Below are positions 12,197-24,434 of a DNA stretch of 64,000 nt, piece by piece. The stretch is taken from positions 166,346,001 through 166,410,000 of the forward strand of contig OX597815.1 in assembly GCA_951406725.2 (NCBI GenBank). The letters run 5' to 3'. The position numbers and the translations under genes are program-made. The notes under the pieces are model-generated. The model was not told the DNA's origin. It saw only the letters and a program-made list of their open reading frames with translations, and searched no databases. The stretch's first letter is position 1; every line of letters starts with the position of its first letter. The DNA comes from Octopus vulgaris. Taxonomy: Eukaryota.

Positions 12197-12810
12197 AAGG
12201 CGGCGAGCTGGCAGAAACGTTAGCACGCCGGGCGAAATGCGTAGCCGTATTTCGTCTGCCGGTACGTTCTGAGTTCAAATTCCGCGCAGATCGACTTTGC
12301 CTTTCATCTTTTCGAGGTCGGTAAATTAAGTACCAGCTACACACTGGGGTCGATGTAATCGACTTAATCCGTTCGTCTGTCCTTGTTTGTCCTCTCTATG
12401 TGTAGCCCCTTGTGGGCAGTAAAGAAATAGGTATTTCGTCTACAGCTACGTTGTGAGTTCAAATTCCGCCGAGGTCGACTTTACCTTTCATCCTTTCGAG
12501 GTCGATTAAATAAGTACCAGTTACGTACTTGGGTCGATATAATCGACTTAATCCGTTTGTCTGTCCTTGTTTGTTCCCTCTGTGTGTAGCCCCTTGTGGG
12601 CAGTAAAGAAATAAGAAACGTTAGCACGGCGGGCGAAATGCTTAGCAGTATTTCGTCTGTCTTTATGTTCTGGGTTCAAATTCCGCCGAGGTCGACTTTG
12701 CCTTTCATCCTTTCAGGGTCAATAAATTAAGTTGTAGTTACGTATTGGGGTGATCTAATCGACTGGCCCCCTCCCCCAAAATTTCGGGCCTTCTGCCTAG
12801 AGAAGAAAAT
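12197..12810 (+). mobile_element. SINE family A trimeric array (two Tx1-like tails, terminal alternative tail)
   Basis: Three body repeats; array flanked by 16-bp TSD AATAG(C/T)AAGAGATCAC (12181-12196, 12811-12826). Confidence 0.9.
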
Positions 12811-13276
12811 AATAGTAAGAGATCACTCGTTTGTATGCGTGTATATGTAAATATGTGCGTGTGATTGCGCGCGTACGCGTAATTGTACGCGTGTGTATAG
12901 CGTATATGCATATATGTGTGTGTGTATTTGTGTATGTACGTGTATTTGTTGTAGGTACCGGATACTTGGCTGGTGAGATTAACAGTGTGTGTGCGCGCGC
13001 GCGTGCTTGTATCTACTGTATGTGTATGTATACGTGAGTTTGTGTGTATGTTGATGTAGGATATATATGTGTGCGTATGTGTAAGAACATGTACGTGGCC
13101 GTAGTCGAGGCGTGTTCAACCGGTACACCAGTCTGAGGTCCGAAATGCCAAAGTAGACTGATGACTGTTTGAGGAGGCCATTCCTTACGAATAAAAAAAT
13201 GTGACAAAACCCTTGAAATTTTATAGACACTCCGCTTATTTCGATTGGTACTTAAAACTCTGTCTTCTACCAAATC

Positions 13277-13482
13277 ACATACATACATACATACATACAT
13301 ACATACATACATACATACATACATACATACATACATACATACATACATACATACATACATACATACATACATACATACATACATACATACATACATACAT
13401 ACATACATACATACATACATACATACATACATACATACATACATACATACATACATACATACATACATACATACATACATAC
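13277..13482. repeat. Perfect (CATA)n microsatellite, ~200 bp
   Basis: Direct reading. Confidence 0.95.
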
Positions 13483-13483
13483 A

Positions 13484-13791
13484 TGGAGCCCTCCGTCGGT
13501 TGCGATACGATCAACGGAACAGCTTGCTCGTGAGATTAGCGTGCCAGTGGCTGAGCACTCCACAAACACGTGTACCCTTAACGTAGTTCTCGGGGAGATT
13601 CAGCGTGACACAGTGTGTGACAAGAGTGGCCCTTTGAAATACAGGTACTACTCATTTTTGCCGGCTGAGTGGACTGGAGCAATGTGAAATAAAGTGTCTT
13701 GCTCAAGGACACAACACGCCGCCGGGAATTGAAGTCTCGACCTTACGATCATGAGCCGAATGCCACTAACCACTAAGCCACGCGCCTTCAC
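13484..13791 (-). mobile_element. SINE family D (tRNA head, CORE/Meta-like middle, D tail)
   Basis: Reverse complement GTGAAGGCGCGTGGCTTAGTGGTTAG...TTGTGTCCTTGAGCAAGACACTTTATTTCAC...; homologous to 28066-28378. Confidence 0.8.
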
Positions 13792-13826
13792 ATCCATACA
13801 TACATAGTATGAAGCGTACTGAAAGG

Positions 13827-13900
13827 GCGTGCCAGAACTCAGCAGAACTCAGCGTGCCAGAACTCAGCAGAACTCAGCGTGCCAGAACTCAGCAGAACTC
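13827..13900. repeat. 3 x 25-bp tandem repeat GCGTGCCAGAACTCAGCAGAACTCA
   Basis: Direct reading. Confidence 0.9.
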
Positions 13901-13944
13901 GAGATTTTTGGCAGCACACATGCAACTGCATTCATGAAATTCGT

Positions 13945-14244
13945 CGCCCTTTTCAGGCCTAGCCATGCTCATGGGCCCGGTCTCCCGGTTTCTGTGGCGT
14001 ATGTGTTCCTCCCAGCTGGCCGGGACGCCACTCCATCGCAGCGTTACTCAAGAAACAGGAAGAGAGAGTGAGAGAAAATCGCGGCGAAGGAGTACAACAG
14101 GGGTCGCCACCACTCCCTGCAGGGGCCTTGTGGAACTTTTACGTGTTTTCGCTCTATAAACACACAACACTCGGTCTGGGAATCGAAACAGCGATCATCC
14201 GACCGCGAGTCCGCTGCCCTAACCACTGGGCCATTGCGCCTCCA
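13945..14244 (-). mobile_element. SINE family C (tRNA-Arg(UCG)-like head, octopus OR-type), V-like tail
   Basis: Head GGAGGCGCAATGGCCCAGTGGTTAGGGCAGCGGACTCGCGG with TCG anticodon-like loop; tail GCGATGGAGTGGCGTCCC...GAAACCGGG. Confidence 0.8.
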
Positions 14245-14900
14245 TGCATGAGATTACATACATAAAGCAAAACATACAAATCTGCACATGCATTGACTTC
14301 AAATACTGCACATATACAAACATACATGCAAAAATACCCTGTTGATGTTGATGAAACACTATTTGAAGGAGTCTTGGATCTAGGTTAGAAACCGGCTCTT
14401 TCTCTATTGGGAAGAAATCTTGAAATAAAACTGAATAATGACATACATACATACATACGTATCATAACGATACACGTCTGTGTGAGTGTGTGTGTATGTG
14501 TATAGACACACATACACACGCACACGCCCGCACACACACACACACACATACACACACGTACACATATATAACACAATGACAAATCACTGAATCAGCTAGA
14601 ATACACGAGAGTAAACTATGACTATGTGTAAGCCCACACTGGTTGCCTTTGCCTTGGGGGTGCGCTGATGTTGCCTCTCTTTCAGACGTATTTCATTACT
14701 ATTCTGTTTAATTTTTAGTTTATTATATGAATATACAAGGTGCAGCTGTAAATAAAAAGCTATCACTTGCAAATAAAACTTTTCTGTACTATTTTATAAC
14801 CAGAGTTTCTTTAAAGCATGCTGCACTCCGAGAGAGCGCCGTCGCTAGACATAGGATACAAGTAGGCCACTCATTAGTTCAGACACTCTAAAACTCACAT

Positions 14901-15575
<675 letters not shown>

Positions 15576-16033
15576 TATATATATATGTATATATATACTG
15601 GTGACAGTGTGGTAAGAGGTTTGCTTCCCTACCACATTGTTCCAGGTTCAGTTGCAGTACATAGTACCTTGAGCACATTGGGCACCTTGGCCACTAAGGA
15701 TGTGCAGTACGCTGAAATCACGTAATATGGCTGTTCCGTTGCCCGTGCAAGATGGTTCTCGTCTGCTGCGAATTATATCTGTGCTCTTAACAACGTATGT
15801 CTATACGAGAGGACAAGACCTCGCAAGAGGAATACCGCTGTATGCTCTGTTCCAATAATACAGCCACATATATGAATATATATATATATATATATACGCG
15901 CGCGCGCGCACAGACACACACACACACATGTATGAATATCAAAACAGACACAGTATTCTGGTGTAGTCGTCTACCTCGTCGGCTCCTGTCAAACCGTCCA
16001 ACCCATGCCAGCATAGAAGACGGACGTTGAATG

Positions 16034-16061
<28 letters not shown>

Positions 16062-16067
<6 letters not shown>

Positions 16068-16224
16068 CCTAAACCTAAGTGTGTGTGCGTGTGTGCGCGT
16101 ACGCACTCATTCATATAAATACTTATAAGCATGAAATGCTTACATTCACGCGTACATCCATGCAGGTTTACGTATGTATATATACATGTGTGTATGTATG
16201 TATGTATGTACGTATGTATGTATG

Positions 16225-16276
<52 letters not shown>

Positions 16277-16537
16277 CATACATACATACATAGATACCTA
16301 CATACATACATACATACATACATACATACATACATACATACATACATACATACATACATACATGCATACATACATACACGCATGTATATATATACATACG
16401 TAAACCTGCATGGATGTACGCGTGAATGTAAGCATTTCATGGTTATGAATATGTATATTAATGTGTGCCCACGCACACACATGCACGCACACACACACAC
16501 ATACACACACACACACACTTTGGTTTCGACCAGTATT
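16062..16537. repeat. Inverted duplication (palindrome) centred on a (TA)n tract
   Basis: CATGAAATGCTTACATTCACGCGTACATCCATGCAGGTTTACGTATG (~16130) is the exact reverse complement of ~16395-16441; outer arms diverged. Confidence 0.85.
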
Positions 16538-16872
16538 GGCCCAGGTATTATCTAACTTGATAGCACGATCTGGAGAAGACATTTACTCATGTTTCATGTA
16601 ACAGTCATATATTGGACGCCAGAGCCATTCTAGCATAAAGTTATAGTTGGCACAAATGTCTCTGGATGCTGGTAGTTTATATGGATTTGTTGGAGGGATT
16701 TGTCCAGGAATCGTTTGGACGCTTTGAAATTTTTTAGCGTTAGTGTTCTGATGTGACCTGAGTATAATTGTACAGAGGATGGATGCCACACGGATGAGGC
16801 CTTGCATGAATTTAACCATTTAGCATCCAGATTATTCTGTCAAGTGTAATGCTTTTTTTATTACCCCTGCCT

Positions 16873-17234
16873 TCATCATCATCATTGTTCGACCGTGGTC
16901 GAGAAATGAAATTTACCATGCTACGCCAGACTTCACGGTCCATCATGGTATTACGGAGGTCCTGTTGCTGGATGCCTGTATCCCTGGAGATTACATCAGG
17001 GTAGGAGAGTGTGCGCCCTCTGGTATTGCGAGTAGATGGCTTCCAGAGGAGAAGAGTAGAAATTACCTCTTTTTCAGCTCTACAACAATGTCCAGCAAAC
17101 TGGACTCTCTTACCACCGTGGTCGAGACAATGGAATTTACCATGCTACGCCAGACTTCACGGTCCATCATGGCATTACGGAGGTCCTGTTGCTGGATGCC
17201 TGCATCCCTGGAGATTACATCAGGGTAGGAGAGT
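16873..17234 (-). mobile_element. RTE-clade LINE 3' end (with a partial tandem second copy running into the gap)
   Basis: Minus frame RVQFAGHCCRAEKEVISTLLLWKPSTRNTRGRTLSYPDVISRDTG... with (TGA)n tail, typical RTE ORF C-terminus. Confidence 0.8.
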
Positions 17235-17334
17235 NNNNNNNNNNNNNNNNNNNNNNNNNNNNNNNNNNNNNNNNNNNNNNNNNNNNNNNNNNNNNNNNNN
17301 NNNNNNNNNNNNNNNNNNNNNNNNNNNNNNNNNN
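17235..17334. other. Assembly gap (100 N)
   Basis: Run of n. Confidence 1.
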
Positions 17335-17833
17335 TTCTTCGTCTTCCAATCAGGACTCACACCATATTAGCCACAAAGAATAATCTCTAATTCGAGCCTA
17401 CTCTAAGCTACTAAGAATGCGTGTGGCAACTTGAAGATCCACCCACCACACGCGATAGACTGGCGGTTGCACGGGCGCGAAAGCTACGTTGTTATCCTCA
17501 TTCCGTAAACGGTGTCTTTTTAACGGATGGAGAGCAAAACCATCCTGGGATACAGAGGATTCGCAATCTAGACTAGAGTCTGAAAGTTTACCACACCATA
17601 GTGGGTTACACCAAGGTTCCTCTGCTTTGTGGCAGAAGTAGGAAGAAAGAGTGAGAGAAAATTGTGGTGAAAAAGTACACCGGGGTTTCCCCCCCCCACC
17701 ACCACCACCAGAGCTTCGTGAAGCTTAGGTGTTTTTGCTCGATAAACACTCAAAATGTCCGGTCTGGGAATCAAAACCGCGTTCTTACGACCGCGAGTCC
17801 GCTGTCCTAATCACTGGGCTATTGCGCCTCCAC
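17335..17833 (-). mobile_element. SINE-C tRNA head continued by ~300 bp of unique sequence (possible LINE 5' UTR)
   Basis: Family C head at ~17640-17833; downstream sequence differs from the tails of the other C copies. Confidence 0.6.
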
Positions 17834-19010
17834 TCTAGTTGTTTCATCCTTAGTGCAAGTAGGTTACATATATTACAATATGATAAAATATATTTTAGAG
17901 CTAGTTTCTGTTGCAAACCATGTTTTTCGATAAAGTACACTCTTCATTCATTTTCCAGTGGTGCGTTCATGAATTAGCATTCCAAAAATGCGTTAGAATA
18001 TTTCAGTGTTATGAATATACATTCACAAGGAACTGGGTCTCTTTAGTGTTTTTATTCACGCATGCGTGTGTCGGTCGGTTTCAAAACACAAACATTATGA
18101 CATCAGAGTCCTTGTTCATAACCCCTGCACACATATTTGACTTGACAGAGGACAAAACCCAACTTTAATATCTGCATTAAAGACATTTGACTAATGCTGG
18201 CAGTAAAACACGACTCGTCAGTTGCCAATCTTAATATCATGACTATTTCTCATTTTTATCTTGGTTAAAAATCCTCCATTGTTTAGTCATCTACTTTGTA
18301 TGTATAGTGAATATATCTGTTCACTGGTCAGTTTTCTAGGAAACATTTCGACAATTGATTATTTTTCATATAAAGAAGTGTTGAGGTTAGGATCCTACAT
18401 ATAACACAAACCATTGCTCGTTTGGTGCTCTTATTTTTCTGTTGCTATTTATAGGATTTGAAATATATGCTGATATAATCTAGTCTATTTGATCTGAATT
18501 AAAGTTTTACTAATAGACTGATGAGGGAAGTATGTTTTTGTTACTCTATGGTGCACATCGTGCAGTGCTATCTTGCTATACTTCGTTATGAGGTGAAACA
18601 TTTAGATGTACTTTTGTCGAAAACCTCTGGCCAGTAAAACGTGCCGATCTTTAGCAGAGCGTCATATGAAGAACGCATTATTCACTCCTTTCTAAGCTGG
18701 GTTACAAATAAAGACGAAGAAATTTAAACCTTCTATAAATTCTGATATAGGCCACCGTATTCTGAGTTATTTCATGCATGTATCTTTCACTTCCTGTGAA
18801 ACTAGCTGGAAGAACATATAACCGACTGATTCTCTTCCGCTATCATTGCTGATTGCATCTCTTAGATAAATATATGAGTTCACACGTAATATGGTGTCTG
18901 TTATATAAAATAACCTTTCTGACTCCACCTTAGCGTCAATGTCAACAGCGAGAGTTGGTAGAATCGATTATAGCATTATTGTAAGCGAATCTGGTAAACA
19001 GAAACACTTC

Positions 19011-19124
<114 letters not shown>

Positions 19125-19785
19125 ATATGTATGTATGTATGTATGTATAAGAGACTGATATAATAAATACCAGACTTTAAAAATATGAAATGGAGTCGAT
19201 TTTTTTGACAAAACCTTTCAAGGCGGTGCCAAATGATGGCCGAAATCCGATGACTGAAGCAAATATAAAAAAAAAAACAAACAAAGTTTAATGAAGTAGT
19301 ATGCTTAACAATCCATACATGATACAGATTTATATTTCCCGGAATGTCTAAAAATTCGGGGGAACATCACATAATCTGCAAATACCACTTATCTCCCTTA
19401 ATGTTGCTTTTCCAAAGTGTTCTTACAAATATCTGCTTCGCCATGCTCCTGGTCATTCATGATCAAGTCAATTTTATTGCCGGCTGATTTATTGAATCGA
19501 CCAAGATGTGATCAATTCTATATCCGGAAGTTCACAGTAGGATCAATTTCAAGCGCATTCTTAAAATAAATTGTGTTACGGATCTTTGCCTGGAGCCGCT
19601 GTACTAAATCAAATCTGATTTGTTTCTTATAATCATGACGGTATTCTCCTGATTTGGGCATATTTCCAACAAAGAAAATTTGCAAAAATTGCAGTATCTT
19701 AATGACTTGATAAGAGAATGATCCAATGCTATATGCTAATGACTTGTAGATACGTGGTATTTCGTTATGCAATCGTAATATTCTA

Positions 19786-20350
19786 TTGGGTTGTCCGGAA
19801 AGTTCGTGCCGATTTTTAAAGAAAGGAAAAAGGTCAATAAATACTTGCCATTACATTTTTAATCAACCAAATATGAACCATTTTGTTGCACAATGCGTCT
19901 CCATCTTTCTTTTAACTTGAAAATACCCTCTTCCCAGAATTGAGGTGGTTTCATGGCAAAGAATTCATCAAGGTATCTTTCTACGTCATCCAAGGAATTG
20001 AAATTTTTACCATTAAGACTATTCTGCAGAGACCTGAATAAGTGGAAATCCAAAGGAGCAATATCTGGTAAATATGGAGGGTGAGGTAACACATCCCAGC
20101 CGTTTGTAGCAATTTTTGTCTGGTTCCCAAAGTATCAAGTGCCGAAAAGGAACTTTCTTATCTTCCATTTTGAAGGGTTACAGAATTAACACAGGTTATA
20201 GGAACATAAACCTTCTTCCATGAAAAGATAGCTTAAACTGTGCTGTAAATGGAGGTGTAGTAAAATCCTATTTTATGGACTCTACCATGTTCTAAAATAA
20301 GTCGAAATGTAAGTTACTATAAATCGGCACGAACTTTCCGGACAACCCAA
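19786..20350 (-). mobile_element. Mariner internal-deletion derivative (565 bp)
   Basis: Perfect 30-bp TIR TTGGGTTGTCCGGAAAGTTCGTGCCGATTT; TA TSD on both sides; N-terminus MEDKKVPFRHL (ATG 20168) joined to the C-terminus LPHPPYLPDIAPLDFHLFRSLQNSL...W...GI..L.ERW (mariner YSPDLAPSD motif). Confidence 0.95.
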
Positions 20351-20414
20351 TATAAAGTATATTAAATGATTTTATAAGTCAATACCGTGTTCTACTGTGT
20401 TAGCAGTGCTCTTA

Positions 20415-20795
20415 CATCACTTGTTAAGGTTATCTCTGCAGATATTCAATAGAAATTATAGCCAGTACTGAATTTTGTTACGACGTTTCGTATCCGAGAA
20501 ATCAGATGTTAACAAACAATGAGATCGAAGATGGAAAAATGTTAACGGGTGTATATGCCATATTTCGTGGGGTTTTGCAAAAATCCCACAAAACCCCCGA
20601 AATATGGCATACACGCCCATTACCCCCTTTTCATCTTCGATCTCGTTGTTTTGCAAAACACTGCCAAAACCCCAAGAATGAGGCATCTTCGATCTCATTG
20701 CTTGTTTACATCTGACGTCTCGGATACGAAATGTCGTAACAAAAATCAGTGCCGGCTATAGAATATCTCCAGAGAAAACCTCAACAAGTAATGCA
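20415..20795. mobile_element. Foldback/MITE-like palindromic element
   Basis: Arms TATAGCCAGTACTGAATTTTGTTACGACGTTTCGTATCCGAG... (20457) / ...CTCGGATACGAAATGTCGTAACAAAAATCAGTGCCGGCTATA (20760); outer IR 20420-20448 / 20761-20788; inner hairpin ~20548-20620. Confidence 0.8.
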
Positions 20796-20864
20796 GTATG
20801 CCTTCCTGTCCTTGCACCTTAACTTTGGCACGAAGACCACTTCTGCTATGTATGGTTTTTTTAT

Positions 20865-21173
20865 GCGCCCTTTTCAAGCCTAGCCAGGCTCATGGGCCCG
20901 GTTTCCCGGTTTCTGTGGCGTATTTGTTTCCACCGCCACCACCACCAGCTGGACGGGACGCCGGTCCATCGCAGCTTTACTCAAGAAACAGGAAGAAAGA
21001 GTGAGAGAAAGTTGGGGTGAAAGAGTACAATAGGGATCGCCACCACTCCCTACCGGAGCCTAGTGGAGCTTTAGGTGTTTTCGCTCAATAAACACAACGC
21101 TCGGTCTGGGAATCGAAACTGCGATCCTCCGACCGCAAGTCCGCTGCCCTAACCACTGGGCCATTGTGCCTCC
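20865..21173 (-). mobile_element. SINE family C, V-like tail
   Basis: Homologous to 13945-14244; TSD GCTATGTATG. Confidence 0.85.
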
Positions 21174-21792
21174 GCTATGTATGATACTTTCTCCAAAAGA
21201 TATCCAAAATCTGCGTCATCTTTGGTCATCTAGTAGGGTCTATGGTGTTTCAGTTTTCCACTTCTTTAAACCACAGCGTAACACACAGCAGACATGAAAG
21301 CAATCACCACTGCACTAAAATGATACTCTATGCTCTCTCTCTCTGGCGTTGAATGCAGGACTTAGCATGTTGGCTACAGTAAATGGTGCTTACCTTTGAG
21401 ATAGTGGCTTTTCTTCACAATGCTTGGAGCTTGGATTGTTTGTTTTTCTTTTTTGTTCAGCAGATTTTGATGTTTGATCATCAAATGCTAGAGAGCATCA
21501 GAAACGGGAGATACTTATTATCTATCAGTTTCTTTCTTCGTGATATTTGTTTGTAGAGAGGCCCAGACAATGAGCCGTGCACATCGTTGCTTATCTCTTT
21601 CTCGATGTCAGTTCTTAGAGTATGTGGAAGCATCAATATTGAAGCGGAACTGTTCATTCTTTTCTCTCTTGAATCGGTTGCATAGCTCGTGGGCAAGGCA
21701 AGCTGCTTTGGGAAACACTTTTATGGAGGTTGACTTTTGGGTTAGCTGTACGTATCTGTATAGGACTGAGGACCCGGGTGAGGGTGCAAACT

Positions 21793-22050
21793 CATCATCA
21801 TCATTCATCATTGTTCGACCGTAGTCGAGACAATGGAATTTACTATGTTACGCCAGACTTCACGGTCCATCATAGCATTACGGAGGTCCTGTTGTTTCGA
21901 TGCCTGTATCCCTGGAGATTACATCAGGGTAGGAGAGTGTGCGCCCTCTGGTATTGCGAGTAGATGGCTTCCAGAGGAGAAGAGTAGAAATTTAACTTCT
22001 TTTTCAGCTCTACAACAATGTCCAGCAAACTGGACTCTCATACCTTTCAA
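21793..22050 (-). mobile_element. RTE-clade LINE 3' end, 5'-truncated
   Basis: Near-identical to 16873-17110; possible TSD AACTCA. Confidence 0.8.
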
Positions 22051-22440
22051 CTCAAGGGTTGCGCCAGGCAGTAACACACTGTAGCTATACTACTGCTTCT
22101 AATCTCTACTTCCTAATATTACAGGCTTTGGAACAGTTTCTGTCTACGTCCAATCGTGAATATTTGCTTTGCTAATTTTGTAAGTGACTATCAGAGCGAC
22201 ACTTAAAGAAATACGAAATATTTAAAGGAAATGACAGATAAGATGTCGCACATATTTATACATATACTATGGATCGTATATTTACTGCGACGTGCGTTTC
22301 CTAGATTAGCCGTAGGATTCACGATATACTGAGTCGGGTACAGCTAATTCTATACGTAACCTGAATATCTTTATGCCTGTAATTCGGTACCTGCATAAGT
22401 ATTCTTCTACTTTTGTTGTGTACACATTATATCTTTCCTT

Positions 22441-22824
22441 GTGGAGGCGCAATGGCCCAGTGGTTAGGACAGCGGACTCGCGGTCATAGGATCGCGGTTT
22501 CGATTCCCAGACCGGGCGTTGTGAGTGTTTATTGAGCGAAAACACCTAAAGCTCCACGAGGCTCCGACAGGGGATGGTGGTGATCCCTGCTGTACTCTTT
22601 CACCACAACTTTCTCTCACTCTTACTTCCTGTTTCTGTTGTACCTGTATTTCAAAGGGCCGGCCTTGTCACTCTCTGTGTCACGCTGAATATCCCCGAGA
22701 ACTACGTTAAGGGTACACGTGTCTGTGGAGTGCTCAGCCACTTACACGTTAATTTCACGAGCAGGCTGTTCCGTTGATTCGGATCAACCGGAACCCTCGT
22801 CGTCGTAACCGACGGAGTGCTTCC
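22441..22824 (+). mobile_element. SINE: family C head + family D tail
   Basis: C head to ~22635, then GTACCTGTATTTCAAAGGGCC...GTAACCGACGGAGTG as in the D copies; TSD ATATCTTTCC. Confidence 0.85.
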
Positions 22825-22961
22825 ATATCTTTCCACTCGATGTGGTGTTTACCACTTATGTGTTTGTTTCAATCAAATCTTCACCTATGTTATGACCGCG
22901 TGTGTACTGTTGGCGATTTTTTTCCTACGTCTTCCCTTCCTTGGATCTTTCCTTTTCCTAT

Positions 22962-22996
22962 GTTTCTGACGATGAGCTCCCCTCGAAACGTTAAAT
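22962..22996 (+). ncRNA. Minimal (PLE-type) hammerhead ribozyme motif, within a PLE-like fragment ending at (TA)n ~23100
   Basis: GTTT-CTGACGA-T-GAG-CTCCC-CTC-GAAAC-GTT-AAAT; the downstream segment recurs at ~24980-25066. Confidence 0.6.
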
Positions 22997-23118
22997 TCCC
23001 CTTCTTTCTTTCCTTTCCCGAGCGTCCAATAACACTATACTTCTTCCACGTCCTCGCGTTGTTGTTGTTTTCTCTATGTGTTTTCATGTTTGGATTAACT
23101 TCATATATATATATATAT

Positions 23119-23182
<64 letters not shown>

Positions 23183-23246
23183 GTATATGTATGTATATGT
23201 ATATATATATACTTACACACGCACACACACATGTAAATATATGCAA

Positions 23247-23340
<94 letters not shown>

Positions 23341-23406
23341 AAGACAAAGACAGGTGTATGAATAACAAGCAGGTGTATTAGTTCGACGCTCGGTAAAGCG
23401 AAAAAG

Positions 23407-23445
23407 TCTTTTACGTTTCGAGCCTACGCTCTTCAACAGAAAAGA
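23407..23445 (-). ncRNA. Minimal (PLE-type) hammerhead ribozyme motif
   Basis: Reverse complement TCTTTT-CTGTTGA-A-GAGC-GTAG-GCTC-GAAAC-GTA-AAAGA. Confidence 0.6.
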
Positions 23446-23573
23446 ATAAGAGAAATGTATATACATATACATACACACATACATATACACGCACATATAC
23501 ATACATATACATATGCATATATATACATATATATATATATACGTATGCATACACACACACACATATATATATA

Positions 23574-23750
23574 CCGTATTTTAACGTGTATAAGGGACCC
23601 CTGTGTATAAGGAACCCCCTAATCTTGGAGGATTAAAATTTGGGAAACAGGTTTTGTAAGGGATTATAATACTATCTATGTATTAGAAACTCCTATATTT
23701 TTAAGCCTAATTTTGACAAAAAAGTGTTCCTTATACATGTTAAAATATGG
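23574..23750. mobile_element. Small MITE, Tc1/mariner (pogo-like) termini
   Basis: TIR CCGTATTTTAACGTGTATAAGG / CCTTATACATGTTAAAATATGG, inserted in a TA tract. Confidence 0.75.
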
Positions 23751-23811
23751 AATATATACATATATATATATATGTGTATATGCGTATACACATACATATA
23801 CACACACACGC

Positions 23812-23857
<46 letters not shown>

Positions 23858-23879
23858 CTCTGTGTGTGTGTGTAAATGG

Positions 23880-24058
23880 ACCGTGTGATGCGTTGTGTTC
23901 TTGAGCTAAACCCGCCATTTCATATTGCTCCAGTCCTCTCAGCTGGCAAAAATGAGTAATCCTGCAACGGATCGGTGTCCCATCCAGGTGAGAAATATAT
24001 ATGCCATGAAACCGGGAAACCAGCCCTTATGAATCTAGCATGGCTCGAGAAGGAAACA
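23880..24058 (+). mobile_element. SINE fragment: family D middle + V-like tail of family C
   Basis: TTGCTCCAGTCCTCTCAGCTGGCAAAAATGAGTA followed by CTGCAACGGATCGGTGTCCCATCCAGG...GAAACCGGGAAACC. Confidence 0.65.
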
Positions 24059-24364
24059 TTTATTTTTTATTGATACACACACACACACATACGTAGAAGA
24101 ATATTATAACCCAAGGATGGAGAATCAGAATAGGAGATCACAATATTTGTTTCTGCACTATACACCAGCTTAAGTTGCCGAGTTCATATTCATATACCAT
24201 TATACAAGATTATTCTTTATAATTATTGTATACTAGGAATATTTTCGGCAACAGGAGTTCAACATGTGTATTCAGCTCTGGAATATACCCAACTGTAGGA
24301 TAACATGTAGTAGCCAATCAAAGATATAAGAACTCTTATATACATACAGTCATACATACATACT

Positions 24365-24432
<68 letters not shown>

Positions 24433-24434
24433 TT

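Noticed and set aside
21395-21490. Possible minus-strand exon (CTAG acceptor, GTAAG donor)
   Set aside because: Peptide unrecognisable and splice-like motifs are expected by chance.
22441-22520. tRNA-Arg gene
   Set aside because: The tRNA-like sequence continues into a SINE body with a TSD and recurs in several diverged copies.
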